A stretch of DNA of 63,460 bases, the filler included, from Reticulomyxa filosa (taxonomy: Eukaryota; Protista; Foraminifera): the NCBI GenBank assembly GCA_000512085.1. It is 22 parts of 22 records of this genome, joined end to end, with 100 filler letters (N's around TTAATTAATTAA, not from the genome) between each part and the next. Parts side by side here need not be neighbours in the genome. Positions count along the whole stretch, not along the records: positions 21,610 to 28,807 come from ASPP01000204.1; positions 28,908 to 35,238 come from ASPP01017826.1; positions 35,339 to 36,897 come from ASPP01028688.1; positions 36,998 to 39,766 come from ASPP01018332.1; 18 more parts are not named here. The stretch is one strand, 5' to 3'. Position 1 is the first letter of the stretch, and every line of letters begins with the position of its first letter. Shown here piece by piece: positions 26,601-39,610 of this stretch. The notes beneath the pieces were generated by a model. The model was not told the origin of the DNA and searched no databases. It worked only from the letters and a program-made list of their open reading frames with translations. The position numbers and the translations under genes were made by a program.

Positions 26601-27622
26601 AAAAAGTCTTTTCCTTTTTTTGAGAAAACAATCAAGGCGAGCACTAAAAATAGTCTATTTAATCGTGTTGCTCTAATCTGTAATTATGCACAGATTGTAA
26701 CTGAGATGTTATCTTTGAAGAAACAAAGTGAAACTGTACAAGAAGAATGTCGATTTCTGAAAACAGCATTGTCAAATGCACAGAATTTGATAACTACATT
26801 ACAACATCAACTAAAAAATAGCCACAAATCCTTAGAATATATTCGAGTTACTTTATATAACTTGTTTGATTTTTCAATCGTTAAAAAAAATTGTTTTCTG
26901 TAAAAGGCAATATTGAAGGGACTTCGTTCCGAACTTGAAAAAACTAAAGTTACTACTCAGTGGAGGCAAACTCAATTTACTGTTGAAACAAGCACACTAT
27001 TGAAGCAAATACAGCAAGTTAGTTCCCTACTGCTTACTTCTTCCTTTATTGAATTCGATATGCTTTTTCCATAGAACTATTTCGTGATGCTCAAGCACAC
27101 GAATGCTTCCCAAAATAAAAGTGCACTGTGTAAAAAGCAAACAAAAGAAGTGCAAGCAGGTTGAAACTGATTTTTTTTTGTTGCCCATCTTTTTAGTGAC
27201 GCTGAAAAGTTTCTTGTGCAAAACTGCTAAAAAGGAGAAAGCCGAGCCAGTGGCTGTTTGTTAAAACCTTGCAAAAATGTGTCCATGTCGCGTGGTTTAT
27301 ATGCAAAAGACCAAGACACAACAATCATATCCGCCAAAGGGTTATGTTTGATTGGCCTGTCACCGGGAAATGATATCACCATGACATTACAAAATAGTTT
27401 TTGTCAAGATAAAGAAAGTGGTGTCCCTTGGTTAAAGCAAGAAAAAATTACTAAAGTTTAGTTTTTTTAGCTTTGAACATAAGTAGTGTTGTAATTTTAG
27501 TTTTTGTAATGTTAGATACCTTGCGCCAATCTACCACAAAAATCACCAATAACATCATCATCCGAACAACATGCCAGAACACAACTCCGGGCAATGAAAC
27601 ATTTTTGGAAAAAGGTCTCTGA
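23679..27622 (+). CDS. Large multi-exon coiled-coil protein
   Basis: A series of heptad-rich E/K/Q/L ORF pieces separated by short GT-AG introns. The exact gene model and family are unresolved. Confidence 0.5.
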
Positions 27623-28200
27623 AAGAAGATTGCAATCAACGAGTCATCAAAGCGGTAATTTTGAAAAAACGATCAATAAAATCTGAAGTTCAAAAGCATT
27701 TCAAAATTATATTTTTACATAGATATTTATTTTATCTATAAATAAGTTTCTTTCAAAATTTTTCTGGGTTAAAGCACTTAATTGGAAATAGAATTAAAAC
27801 TTTTTGGTAGCTTAGTTTTGTGCTAGATTTTGGAAATTTCAAATGCAATACAAAGGTACAAACACTAAAAAAGTGTAAACGGTTCTGCCTTTAAAAAAAG
27901 GGGAAAAGGGCCAAATCATAATCAATACGTTGCCAGCGTTAACATTCTTGCTGTTTATTATTTTTTTACAGAAAAAGAATGTACAAAACAATCTTACTGA
28001 ATAACTACTATTACTTAAGAGTTTCGTTTAAAATCTTGTAGCGACTTTGACGTTTTAGCTTTAATCAACATAGCAATTAATGTTACAATTCACAAAATAT
28101 TGAACAAGAGAGGAGGAAGAGTGAGGGAAAAATGCAGTTTTTGGTTCGTAAATGAAAGGGGGAAAAAATTGACAAAATGCTATTCTATGAAAGCTTTGTT

Positions 28201-28740
28201 TCACTTGTCAAAATTGCGTTCTGGTACTCCTATCAAACATTTCGCATTTGCGACAAAAAAAACAAAGGAAAATCGTACAGCAAAGAGAGAGAGCAAAAAA
28301 AAAAATAAATAAATAAATAAAAAAACTTGTGTCAATTGAAATCGAGCAAATGAATCATTCTTTTGCAAACTGTACAATTCACGAAGACAGCGATCAAACA
28401 GATGAAATAGGTCTGCATTGGTGACTTTGTTGTTGTCGTCAAGCCACGACTGAGGATCGGCCATTTTCCTCATCAATTCATGACGAACGGAGCTGCTAAT
28501 GTTGAGACAAAAAACGCCCAAAGTGTCGATGTATTTGCAATACAACGTATATGCACGTATTTTTAAGTCTTTCAAAGACACCTTGGTCACATCTTCGTCT
28601 TCGATCGGATAGACGATCGAGGACTTTGGGATATTTGGCAATTGCAAAAACTTTTCCTCGTGTTCAGTCATTGTCTCATCCGCAAGTTCGCCACCGCAGG
28701 TTCGAACTAAGCTTTTGAATTGTGTGAATTCTATCATGCT
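28201..28740 (-). CDS. RGS (regulator of G-protein signalling) domain protein (5' partial)
   Basis: IEFTQFK...RAYTLYCKYI....FCLNISSSVR...LFDRCLRELYSLQKNDSFARF matches the RGS consensus. Confidence 0.85.
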   Translation of the reverse strand, partial: SMIEFTQFKSLVRTCGGELADETMTEHEEKFLQLPNIPKSSIVYPIEDEDVTKVSLKDLKIRAYTLYCKYIDTLGVFCLNISSSVRHELMRKMADPQSWLDDNNKVTNADLFHLFDRCLRELYSLQKNDSFARFQLTQVFLFIYLFFFLLSLFAVRFSFVFFVANAKCLIGVPERNFDK

Positions 28741-28907
28741 GTGTATGTGTATACGTGGTGCGCACGTACATATTATATACGTATACACATTTTTTTTTTT
28801 TAAAAAANNNNNNNNNNNNNNNNNNNNNNNNNNNNNNNNNNNNNNNNNNNNTTAATTAATTAANNNNNNNNNNNNNNNNNNNNNNNNNNNNNNNNNNNNN
28901 NNNNNNN

Positions 28908-29876
28908 TATATGTATATATATACACTCAACTTGTATTCGATCCACATCTCGAAAACGCTTGAACTTTGTCATTTGCCTTGCTACAATGGCGCTGATATG
29001 GAGAAAGGGCCCCTCAATTCCTGTAGGCAGTGCGCTGGAGAGTGCCAGGGCCATGGCCACGATTTTGACCCACAGTGTGGACAGTCCCAAGAAGTTGCGA
29101 ATGTAGATGCCGCCCAAAATGGCGCGCAGCTGTGGCACGCCGCTGCCTGCGGCGGCGGGACGGAAGCTGGTTACATAGATAGACAGCAGAATAAACCCCA
29201 GTTTGATTCCCAGCACTCCGTAGTAGTCTTGCATCGGAGAGAGGCGTGGGTTATCCGAAAACAACAACATCGATTCCCACGACACCCAACAGCATAGGCT
29301 TACTCCAAATGCTATCGCTGCCAATTCCACTCCTATTATTACAACCAAAAAATACTCGGGATGCCATAGTCGATTCCAGAACATACTTTTTTTTTTTTAA
29401 AAAAAAAACACAACACATATTATACATATACATTTATATATATGTACGAATATACACGCTTATGCGGCCATATATGTTGTATACACGTGACCCCCCCCCC
29501 CCCCTCTCCCTCCTCCTTGTTTCCATAATTTAATGTATAAACAGACCTCTCTCCTTTTTTTTTTTTTGAACTAAATGCATATGTATGAGACAAACCTTTT
29601 TGACCATCTGCTGGTTAGCTCAATAATTTTGGGCGGTTCAAATACCTTCGCCACAACCCATTCTTTGGCAGATGGCATTGCCAACTGTCTTTGCAATGAA
29701 CGTCTGTACTTTTCAAACTTGCTTTCATGCGTTGTTATTGTCGTTACTGGCTGACTTTCCTTTTTACTTTTCGATGTTTTTGTACGTTTTTCTGCGTTTC
29801 CTCGTCCCTTCCCAAGTTTCCACATCCCACCCCGATTTTTTTTTTTTTTTGATTTTTTTTTATCGAAACACCACAA
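28908..29876 (-). CDS. CLC family chloride channel/transporter, N-terminal part (3' truncated by contig end)
   Basis: AAGSGVPQLRAILGG and LPTGIEGPFLHISA correspond to the CLC motifs GSGIPE and G(K/R)EGP. A microsatellite intron separates an upstream exon (~29590-29876). Confidence 0.9.
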
Positions 29877-30675
29877 GGGACCAACGGGTCTGGAAAAAAC
29901 AAATCAAAAAAAAAAAAAAAAAAAAATGGACAGAATTAAACCTTGAAAGGTCGGAGTGGAGAGTAATTTTTCATCCCACTGGGCAAAAATGACAGTGCTT
30001 CATCCTTTTCAACTAATGGGAAAGCGTCCTTATCAAGACCCCCTAAGGCTTCTGGCTGCACTTCCTGCTTTTTCTCTTCTGTCATTTTATCTTTCTTTTA
30101 TTTTGTTTTGTTTAGTTTTGTTTAGTTTTTTTGGGTAATGTTGTTATATAATTTGAAGCGCAGGAACATTTGAAAACAACAGAGATGAGGGGGGTATATT
30201 AAAATTTTTCCTGTGTAAGTCCTGCTTTGTTGTGTACACAAAACAGGTCTTATGACCAATCTTACTTCTCCATCTTCTCTCAGATTGTATTTGTGATTTT
30301 AGAAACGCTCCTTGTTTGTATTTTTATAAAAAAAAAAAAGTACAACAATGGAAAGTTCTTAGAGTAATATCGTCAAATAGTTATATTAAAAAAAAAAAGA
30401 ATCACAAGTAACGAAAGAATACAATAAATGTAACTATGGTAACAATATTCACTTTTGTTCCCTTCTTTTGTTTATAACTTTTTTCAATACGCTGATAAGT
30501 GTTTCTCACTTGCAGACGGGCCCATTCCTCGAGTACATTACAAATAAAAGTTTTTTTTTTTTTTGTCGGGTTGGTGAAAGTTCCCATTTTTGTCATTGGG
30601 GCAAAGAGAAAAATAGAAAAGAAGTAAAAACAAAATCAACAAAAAAAAAAGACTGTTGAATAAATATCACGATCA

Positions 30676-31888
30676 ATGGGAGGGATATGTGGTTCGGATT
30701 CAAATCAAAGCACTGTGAATACACTCCCGGCGAACCGGAGCACAGTTCCGCGCAACCAATCAGAGACGCAGTCAATGTTGAGTGCAAGTGAAGAGAAGGA
30801 GAAAGAGGGCGTCGAAAAGACGCAAACGAGCAGCAAAAAGGAAAAAACAGAAGAAGAAGAAGGGACAAGTACTTATGGATGGGTCGGCGTTGAGCCACAA
30901 GAGCAGCACGACAACACGAGTAAAAGTGATACGACAACAGCAGCAACAAAAGTGATTAATTCGACCTCGAAGATTGGCGAGCAAGAGACAGCACATGGAT
31001 CATCAATATTTGCAGTGGCAAATGCGGATGTGAACAGCGACAGCGTGGGCAGCACAGCTGCCAATGATAATGCCCACACTATCATTGGCACGGCTGTTAC
31101 CAGTCCTGCCACTGCTACAAGTGCACCTGCATCTGTTGCGAATGCAATAGAAAATGGTGCTGTAATGACCTCACAGCAGCAACAGCAAGCAGCGCCTGTG
31201 TCGTCTACCGCTGCTACGTATACGGTCAATGCAAATGGCGCACCAGTCATGACGTCACAACAAGCCATGTTATTACAGCAGCAACAGCAACAAATATCCA
31301 ACTCAGCATATTACATGCCCTATGGTGCAATGGCTCCTGGCTATCCGATGAATGCTAATCCTCAGACTTTTGTCTATGCCAATGCTGTCAATCCGACGGG
31401 GGAACCTAACAGATCCAATTCGCTTGGACTTTATGTTATGTCTTTTTCTCAATTATATATACTAAACAAATAAATAAATAAATTTATTTGTTTGATTGAT
31501 TGATTGATTGATTGAAGACACTTTTGAGAGACAATAATAAGCAACTATTGACAAATAAATAAATAAATAAACACAACAGCAACAACATCTAACAAGCAAC
31601 CCAACTGGTAACTTTGACGGAAAAGAATCGCGAAAGAGCACTCAACAAGACGACTTGACCGGATCCAGGGTCAGCGAAGACGAGGATAATGTGAACGAGG
31701 AGGAGGACGATGACAGCGCCAATGGAGATGAACTTCGCAAAAAGGCGCATGAACGTCGTCGAAGCTCTCGATTGTTGCGCCTTCAAAGTGCTGCAAAATG
31801 GGATGAAGACGAAATGGATGACCACGAAGAAGAACTTCGACAGCAATTGGCTTACTTACAGAACAAATCTCAAAGTCTTGGACAATAA
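30676..31888 (+). CDS. Low-complexity protein with predicted N-myristoylation/palmitoylation start (MGGICG)
   Basis: 265-codon ORF rich in T/A/S/Q, an intron with (TGAT)n/(TAAA)n, and an acidic second exon ending at 31888. Confidence 0.6.
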
Positions 31889-32483
31889 CATTGAATGAGA
31901 TTAATTCAAATTTTTTTTTTTATTTTTTTTATTTTTTATTTTTATTTTTATTTTTTTTTGTTTTTGTTTTTGTTTTATTGCAAGTAAGTGCAAGGGTAAA
32001 AGCACGAGAAAAATATGGGACTATGCGGAAAAAATTCATTTGCACTTCCATTTTGACGATAATGCGGCTAGCATAATTTTTTTTTTATTGTTATTTGTTT
32101 GTTTTTTATTTATTGCTTATTTCAACATAATTTTTTTTGGGTCATTTTTACCTTATTTTGCTTTTGATTTTTTTGGGAATGTCATGTTGTGAAAAAAAAA
32201 AAATACTTCGGTTTGTTTTTATACGCTTGTTTCTTTTTTTTTTTGAAACACGAGCCTTTTTCCGGATATGTGTCGATTTTACAGCAAGAGATTGCCCAGT
32301 AGTTGCTTTGCAGTTTTTATGTGATGAAATGAAATTAGGTGAGGAAAAAATCGCTCAAAAATGTATTTTACAAACATTTTTTTTAAAACAAACGAGAACG
32401 CTATTTAAAAAATGGATGAAAAGAATGAATGCATTAATGAAAACGAAATAATAGCCTTCTTCAAAAAATCTATTTAAAAAATT

Positions 32484-33502
32484 TTATTTCCAGAAAATTT
32501 CAAATAAATAATATATTGTCTGCAATAAACAACAAAAAAAATTTTTCCAAAAAAAATCATATGAATTACCAATATGTTGGTGATCAAATTCCAATTCATT
32601 CAAGTAAATTTTCAATATATTTAATTGCCTTGTTGTATTCCCCTTTCTTGTTATAAATATGTCCCAAATTGTTAAATAAAGTAACAACATCAGGATGATC
32701 AACTCCTAATTTATTTAATCTTATTAGCAATGATTTTCCATAATATTCCATCGCTTTGTTAAGTTTTCCTTTTTTGTCATAAGCGAGTCCTAAATTGTTG
32801 TATGAAGCAGCAACATGGAGATGAGCATATCCCAATTTATCCAACCAAATTTTCAATGATTTTTCACGATATTCAATTGCTTTGTTATATTATCCTTTGC
32901 CACCATGTGCTCTGCCTAGCCAAGAATAAGACTCAGCAACAGCAAGATTAGAGTCACGGAATGTTTGCAATCTGACAGAAAGTGTAAAACGAAATAGTCT
33001 AATTGCCTCATTAATCTTTGAAATATTTAATAAATTGTTTCCTGATTGAATTAATTTGTTTGTATCAATAGGCCAGGAACAAGTGAAAACAAAAGAATCA
33101 AATGACAACAAATAACAAATTTATTGGTGTGAATAAGTTGTTGGGAAATATCACAATTTCAAATCCATCAATAGTACAATCAACGCATAAACACATTCAT
33201 CAATTGTAACATTATCAAATATAATATTTTTTGAATAAAATGAATAAATAGAATATGGTCCAAGAATTGTTTTCTTTTTCCATATATTGGTCTGAATTAA
33301 TAATCATTGAAAAAGGAATATTTTGTCGAGCTACTTGATGATTCGATTTTGTCAATTGGTTGATATTTGTTGTAACAACAATCATTCCTTGTTGTTCATT
33401 ATCAATCATTTCACTAACCATTTCATGTGCTTTTTTATTTGCTTTATTCCATTCATTATTTTCATTAAGTTCAATTGTTTTATTTTGTAAATTATCTTTC
33501 AT
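32484..33502 (-). pseudogene. TPR-repeat protein pseudogene (expanded family)
   Basis: VAESYSWLG, VAASYNNLGLAYDKKG and DVVTLFNNLGHIYNKKGEYNKAI repeats are interrupted by a stop at ~32890 and by frameshifts. Confidence 0.8.
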
Positions 33503-34625
33503 GATTTTGTGATGTTTCTTTTCTTTTTTTTTTTTTAATTTTCCTTTTTTTTTCCATCTTTTAAATTTTCTTTGTCAATACCGCTACCATCTGTTTTGTC
33601 AATCAATTAATTTTACTATAAAGTAAATAAACAGATAACTATATAGAAATAAAACTATGGATGGAACGAATAAAAAAGGAAACAGGTTGCATTCTACACG
33701 TAGTTTTTAATTGATTAATACTGCTAGCAATTTTAAATGGGATGTATTTCTTGTTTTATCATTCCAGTACTGACAACGTTAACAGTCTTTGACAGATTTT
33801 TTTCCAGTCTCTTTAAGCTCAGAGAGGCAAACATCATGTTAGATAGCTTTTTTCAAGTAAAACAAAAGTTTTGTAAGGCATTCTTTTGTTCAGTTAGTAG
33901 TTAACAGCTGTATGAACCCAAGTTTTTTAAAAGCCCCACCCCTTTTTTAGGAAAAAGCTCAGAGACGCACTATAATTTGTAAACTCTTTCTGTATTCAAA
34001 AATTATTGTTGTTAAACAAATAGACAAAATAACACACAAAAAAACCTATTTGGGTTTTTAGTTTAAAAGTAATCAAAATTTTTATTGGCCAATTTTTGCC
34101 TTCGAAAATATCATCACAAGGCAACATCAATTTGAGCATGTATTTGAAATACATTTGGATGTTGAGATAATTTATTTTCTATTTTTAAAGTAGTAGAATG
34201 CAAGAAATCAATAATGTATTAAAAGATTTGCAACTTATACACTTTGGTGTCGCATTAATAATCTTGCCTTAGTGATCTCCACAAAAATGGATTATTTTTT
34301 ATGATCACAAAGACACGTTGGGTAAGTTTTTAAGGAACGTAGCTTTGCTTTTAGCTCCAAAGTGGCAACCGAAAGAGATGATATCTTTTTAAGATTATGT
34401 GGGCACACAAGTAGAATGCTGTTCTTTTTTTTTTTTTTTTTTTACATTGTAAGAAAACTTGTTGGCTGGTGCAAAAAAAAAAAAAAAAAAAAGCAAGCTA
34501 GTGAAGTGTGACTTGATAGTGATTTTTTGGATAATTGTTTTCAAAACTATTATTAATTTCCCTGTTCGGCAAAACAAAAAAACAGAAAAAATGAACTGAT
34601 TATTTATTTAGAGAAAAATGTGACA

Positions 34626-35190
34626 TCAAAAGAGAGAAACAAAAACAAAAGCAATAAGAAAAGCATGAATCCAATAAGGTACAAAGCGGACAACAGAGGA
34701 AACACCATTGTCACCCGTCGGACAAATGACTTTGTACTGATAGTACTCATTATTATCGTCTTCTTTGCAGCCACTAGTATATTGGAGTGTGTTATTGCTG
34801 GAAGCGTAAGAGGTACAAGAGGCTTCATCGAGGCTGTTGTAGTTATTTGTAACCCCCCCCCAAATAAGTTTGTTTACAAAATATTTCAAAGTCAACTTTT
34901 TATTTATTTTTTTATTTTTTAAATTTTTTATACGTAACAAGCTGAAAGTAAGAATTTCATTTTCGCAAGTCACCATGGTAGATCTGAATGAATAATCGGT
35001 TCCACATGCAACCGAATAGATCTGGCGCGAGACAATGGTATCGGTTGATTGAAGGCATTGCTCTGTAGGATCAGGATTTTCATATTTGATATACTCTGCA
35101 AAGCACAAGTAAGTGGTTCCTATGCAATTAAAGGGACCATCCAGGGAACTGGAATTATTTGAGCCAGTGCAATCTGTACATAGGTGTATA
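34626..35190 (-). CDS. Cys-rich extracellular protein with C-terminal hydrophobic tail (GPI-anchor-like), 5' partial
   Basis: Cys-spaced, Ser/Thr/Asn/Tyr-rich sequence with an in-frame probable intron at ~34855-34938. It ends GDNGVSS...YWIHAFLIAFVFVSLF*. Confidence 0.55.
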
Positions 35191-35199
35191 TGCATGTAC

Positions 35200-35238
<39 letters not shown>

Positions 35239-35504
35239 NNNNNNNNNNNNNNNNNNNNNNNNNNNNNNNNNNNNNNNNNNNNTTAATTAATTAANNNNNN
35301 NNNNNNNNNNNNNNNNNNNNNNNNNNNNNNNNNNNNNNATTGGCCAATTTGTGTCAAAAAGTTGGAAATCATAACAACATAGTTACACCTGTACATCTCT
35401 CGACCTCAACCCAAATGAAATATTTTTTTTATTATAAGAATGAAATAAGATCGGCACAAAAATGTCCTACAAAAGTATCCAATATTTTGCCGAGACTGTA
35501 CAGT

Positions 35505-36830
35505 TCAGTTATGTTTTTCAAAAATCAACTTTGATACGGTGATCACTGCTGTTAAAAAGACAGTAATGGTCGTCCGTGTTAACAAAGTGCTTAAATCCCC
35601 GTCATAAAACTTTGGAATAATATCCCTTCTTGTGACAATTTCTTTCACATTGTCAATGAAATCGAGATGAGCTTCTTCCATCATAAGTTTTTCTTCACTG
35701 GCATGTTGATCGGCATTTCGTCTTTTTTTCAGTCCCCAATTGTCATCCTTAGCCTTTTCGGTATCGATAACAACCCCTTTCTCGAGTTCATCTTTTTCAA
35801 TCACAGTAATGTGTTTTCTTTTTGTATTCATCATCGTGCTGCTTTTCATCATTCGCACCACCGTCTTCATGACGTTCAACCATTTCCACTTCGGTTTCAT
35901 CTATTTCGATATCGGAGCCACCATTGGAAGCATTGGCAAGTGGCTGAGCACTTTGGTTCTGCGGATCGGCATTGGGCTTTGGTTCCCCAGGAGCTGTTAA
36001 ATTTTTGGAATGGGCCCACGTGTGTGCTTTTTCCTTCATTGATTTCATCGTTAGACGGCATTTCAAGTAAAAGCGTTGTTCAGCAATGAATCGTTCTTGA
36101 ACCTTTTGAATACTTTGGAGTTGTTGAGCACCGAGCCAAATTCGAATTAGACACACCAAAAACAGCAGCCATAAGAAGCCAATTCCGTTCCATAACACAC
36201 TCTCATATGCTACACCAGAAATGAAATACACCCGATAGAACATGAACGCGCTCAAAAACAAGGAAACCACGACGAGCCATAACGTCGGAAGCTCTTGTTT
36301 GCTAAACAGTAAGCTCCCTTTTTTTTTTTTTTTTTGAGCACGTGCAAAAAAAAAAAGTGCGATTATGAATCTGTGTTGCAACTTTTCTTTAAACAATAAA
36401 TATATATATACATTACAATCAATATCGGACTCAAATAAAGACTATAAAAAAAAAAAATGGACATACCATCAACAGCTAAAAAAGTTCGTACCTCCAACCA
36501 TCCAAGGGCATTGGAATAACGTTTGAAAGATAAAAACAGATTACTAAGCTGGGCGCGAATATTGCGTCGCCTGGTCAAAAGATTCGTCAGATCGCCCATG
36601 AAAGCTTTATACGTATTGAAGTTGAGCACGTACTGTCCTTCGATGGTTCGCAGTAACACTTGCACCAAAATGAAGTTTGTAATGATCGCCGACACGCAAA
36701 TGTACAAATGCTTCGAGTTAATAAACGAGAGTCCCAAGATCACGCGAGTAATGCCAGGTAACAATGCGTACAATGCTCCAACGAGTGAAATTATCAGTTT
36801 TACGGTCGCTAAATGTGACGTTCAACAAAA
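35505..36830 (-). CDS. PHTF-like multi-pass membrane protein, C-terminal half (one frameshift near 35815)
   Basis: GWLEVRTFL, LIRIWLG, FIAEQRFYLK and IPKFYDGDLSTLL..TVFLTAV parallel the recalled PHTF motifs WLSLRSYL, LLRLASLG, LLTEQINLYLK and PFRLYGLTMNPL..VILSAV. Intron at 36466..36318. Confidence 0.65.
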
Positions 36831-36860
36831 AGAGAGAGTGTTTTATTGTATTTGATAAAA

Positions 36861-36897
<37 letters not shown>

Positions 36898-36997
36898 NNN
36901 NNNNNNNNNNNNNNNNNNNNNNNNNNNNNNNNNNNNNNNNNTTAATTAATTAANNNNNNNNNNNNNNNNNNNNNNNNNNNNNNNNNNNNNNNNNNNN

Positions 36998-38497
36998 CCC
37001 ATGCCCAGCACCAGGCAAGTGAGCATGGTGAGTACCAGCGACAGGAACAGGCTATGGCTACCAGCGCCACCACGTAACCGGCAAAAGTGGTAGCGATACC
37101 GGTTAGCGTAATGCTACCGATGATGACCCCCACCAGCGCGCAAGCCACACCCACCGGCAGCGCATGCAGCGCCCCGTCTACCAGCGCGGTGTGCGCCGTC
37201 TGCAATACCGGACGGCCATCACGCTGCAACAGCAACAACACCGCCAGTACCGCAATCAGCGCCATCGGCACGATGATGCCCCCCTTGGCAAAGCCCGCCG
37301 TCAGCAAACCCAGCCCCAGCCAGAAAATGACCCGCAACGCGGTACCGCGAATACGCAGCGCCAGTGCCGAGCCGAAGATCAGGATCACCGTCAGCACCAG
37401 CCCCATCATGCCGGAGAACAACGGTGTGAAACCGGCAAACAGCAGGTACACCAGGCCCAGTAGCGGCAGCAGCAAATACCACTGTTCGCGTACCGCTTTC
37501 CACGGGTTGGGGCAGTCTTCCTTGGGCATGCCCACCAACCCGGCGCGGCCAGCCTCCAGGTGCACCATCCAGAACACGGTAAAGAAGTACAACACCGCCG
37601 GCAGCAAGGCTGCCTTGCAGATATCCACGTACGGCACGTTGATGGTTTCCGCCATGATGAAAGCCACGGCGCCCATCACCGGCGGCATGATCTGGCCCCC
37701 CATCGAGCTGGTCGCTTCCACCGCACCGGCAAAGTCGGCCTTGTAGCCAAACTTCTTCATCAGCGGAATTGGTGAACTGGCCGGTCGTCACCACATTGGC
37801 CACGCCGGAACCGTTAATTGGTGCCCATTCAGGCCGGACGAGATCACGGCCAACCTTGGCCGGGCCGCCACGGGTGTGGCCCACGGTGCCCAGCGCAAAG
37901 TCGTTGAACAGGCGGATCATGCCGGCCTGCTCCAGAAAAGGCACCGAACAGGGATGAACAGGAAGATATAGCCGGACGACACGTAAGTAGGCGTGCCATA
38001 GATGCCTTCGGTACCGAAGGCCAGCTGGCCAATGATCTGGTCCAGCCCGTAACCGCGATGCGCCAGATCACCGGGCAGGTATTCCCCAAAAGCGGCGTAA
38101 CCCAGAAAGGCCAGACAGATCAGCGGCAAGGCCAGCCCCATCACCCGCCGCGCCCCCTCGAACACCAACAACAGGGTCACGATGCCCACGCCCATGTCCA
38201 GCGTAGTCATGTCACCGGCACGCTGGATCAGGTCGGCCTCGAAGACCCAATGGTAAAAAGCAGCGCAAACGCCAGGCCAGCCAACACAAAGCCGGCCACA
38301 CCGCCGCCAGCACCGCGCTGGCCACGCGCGTTGTACAGCTGGAACACCAGCAGCAGCAAAAAGCCCACGTGCAGCGCGCGTACCACGCTGCTGGAAATGG
38401 GGCTGAACGCGGCGGTAATGATCTGGAACACCGAGAACAGCAGCGCCGTCAGCACGATGCTGCGCGGCAGGCTGCCGTGTTGCGAGGTATCACTCAT
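36998..38497 (-). CDS. Bacterial TRAP transporter fused 4TM/12TM permease (TAXI-associated), 3' partial, several frameshifts
   Basis: RALHVGF, TEGIYGTP, INGSGVANVVTTGQFT, AGAVEATSSMGGQIMPPVMGAVAF. ATG at 38497 has a GGAG RBS. Frame breaks near 38255, 37950-37935, 37825 and 37770. Confidence 0.92.
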
Positions 38498-38669
38498 GAA
38501 ACCACTCCTGCAAAAACCCGGTGCTGGCGCACAGCATGCAACGGCAGGCCAACCCCCGTTGTACCTGCTGCCGCAACACGCTGCGGCCACACCGGCAAGA
38601 CGTTGAAGCGACCGCCGCCACTTGCCGCCTGACAATCGACGGCAAACGGGCGGACGCGGACCATGCGGC

Positions 38670-39610
38670 TTACTTCAGCAGGCCGGCTTCGCGGTAGTAC
38701 TTTTCGGCGCCCGGGTGCAAGGGCATCGGCAGGCCCTTCAGCGCATTGGCCGGGTTGAAGGCCTTGATGGCAGAGTGGGCGTTGGCCAGCACCGGCAGGT
38801 TGGTGAACAGCTGCTTGGTCATCATGTAGACGGTGGCATCCGGCACCTTGTCATGCGTCACCAGCAGGTTGCTGATGGCCACGGTCGGCAGGTCGGCCGG
38901 TTGATCGTCATAGGTTTTGGCCGGAATTTTGGCCGGCTGGTAAGCCGGGTCACCAATACGGGCCACTACGTCGGCCGGTACCGGCACGAAGGTCACCTTC
39001 AGCGCGTTGGACAGGTCGCGGATGGAGGCCACCCCCAGGCCGGACGACTGCAGCGTGCGTCCAGCTGGCGGTTTTTCATCAGTTCTACCGACTCGCCAAA
39101 CGGCAAGAACTCCACCTTGGCAAAGTCCTTGTAGCTCAGGCCGGCCGCTTTCAGGATGGCGCGCGCGTTCAGCTCGGTACCCGACTTGGGTGCGCCTACC
39201 GAAATGCGCTTGCCCTTCAGATCGGCCAGCGTCTTCACCCCCGATTCGCTACTGGCCACGATCTGGATGTAGTTGGGGTAAATCGACGCCACCGCACGCA
39301 GCTTTTTCAGCGGCTGGGCAAAACCGGCCTCGGCAACCCCTTTCCAGGCGTCGGCCGCCGCATCAGCCAGCGAGAAAGCGATTTCGCCACGTCCTGCCTG
39401 CAACAGGTTCAGGTTTTCCGCCGATGCCTTGGTGGCCTGTACCGACACCTTGGCGTCGGGCATGGCTTTGCCGTACAGCTGCGACATCGCCACCCCTACC
39501 GGGTAATAGACACCGCTGGTGCCACCGGTCAGGACGTTGATGAATTCTGCACCGTGGGCAAACGGGCTCAGGGCCAGGGCCAGGCCAAGGGTGGCAATGG
39601 GCTTTTTCAT
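38670..39610 (-). CDS. Bacterial TAXI-family TRAP solute-binding protein (1-nt frameshift near 39057)
   Basis: Signal peptide, TGGTSGVYYPVG, ASAENLNLL, KRISVGAPKSGTELNA, PLHPGAEKYYRE. AGGAG RBS lies upstream of ATG 39610. Confidence 0.93.
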
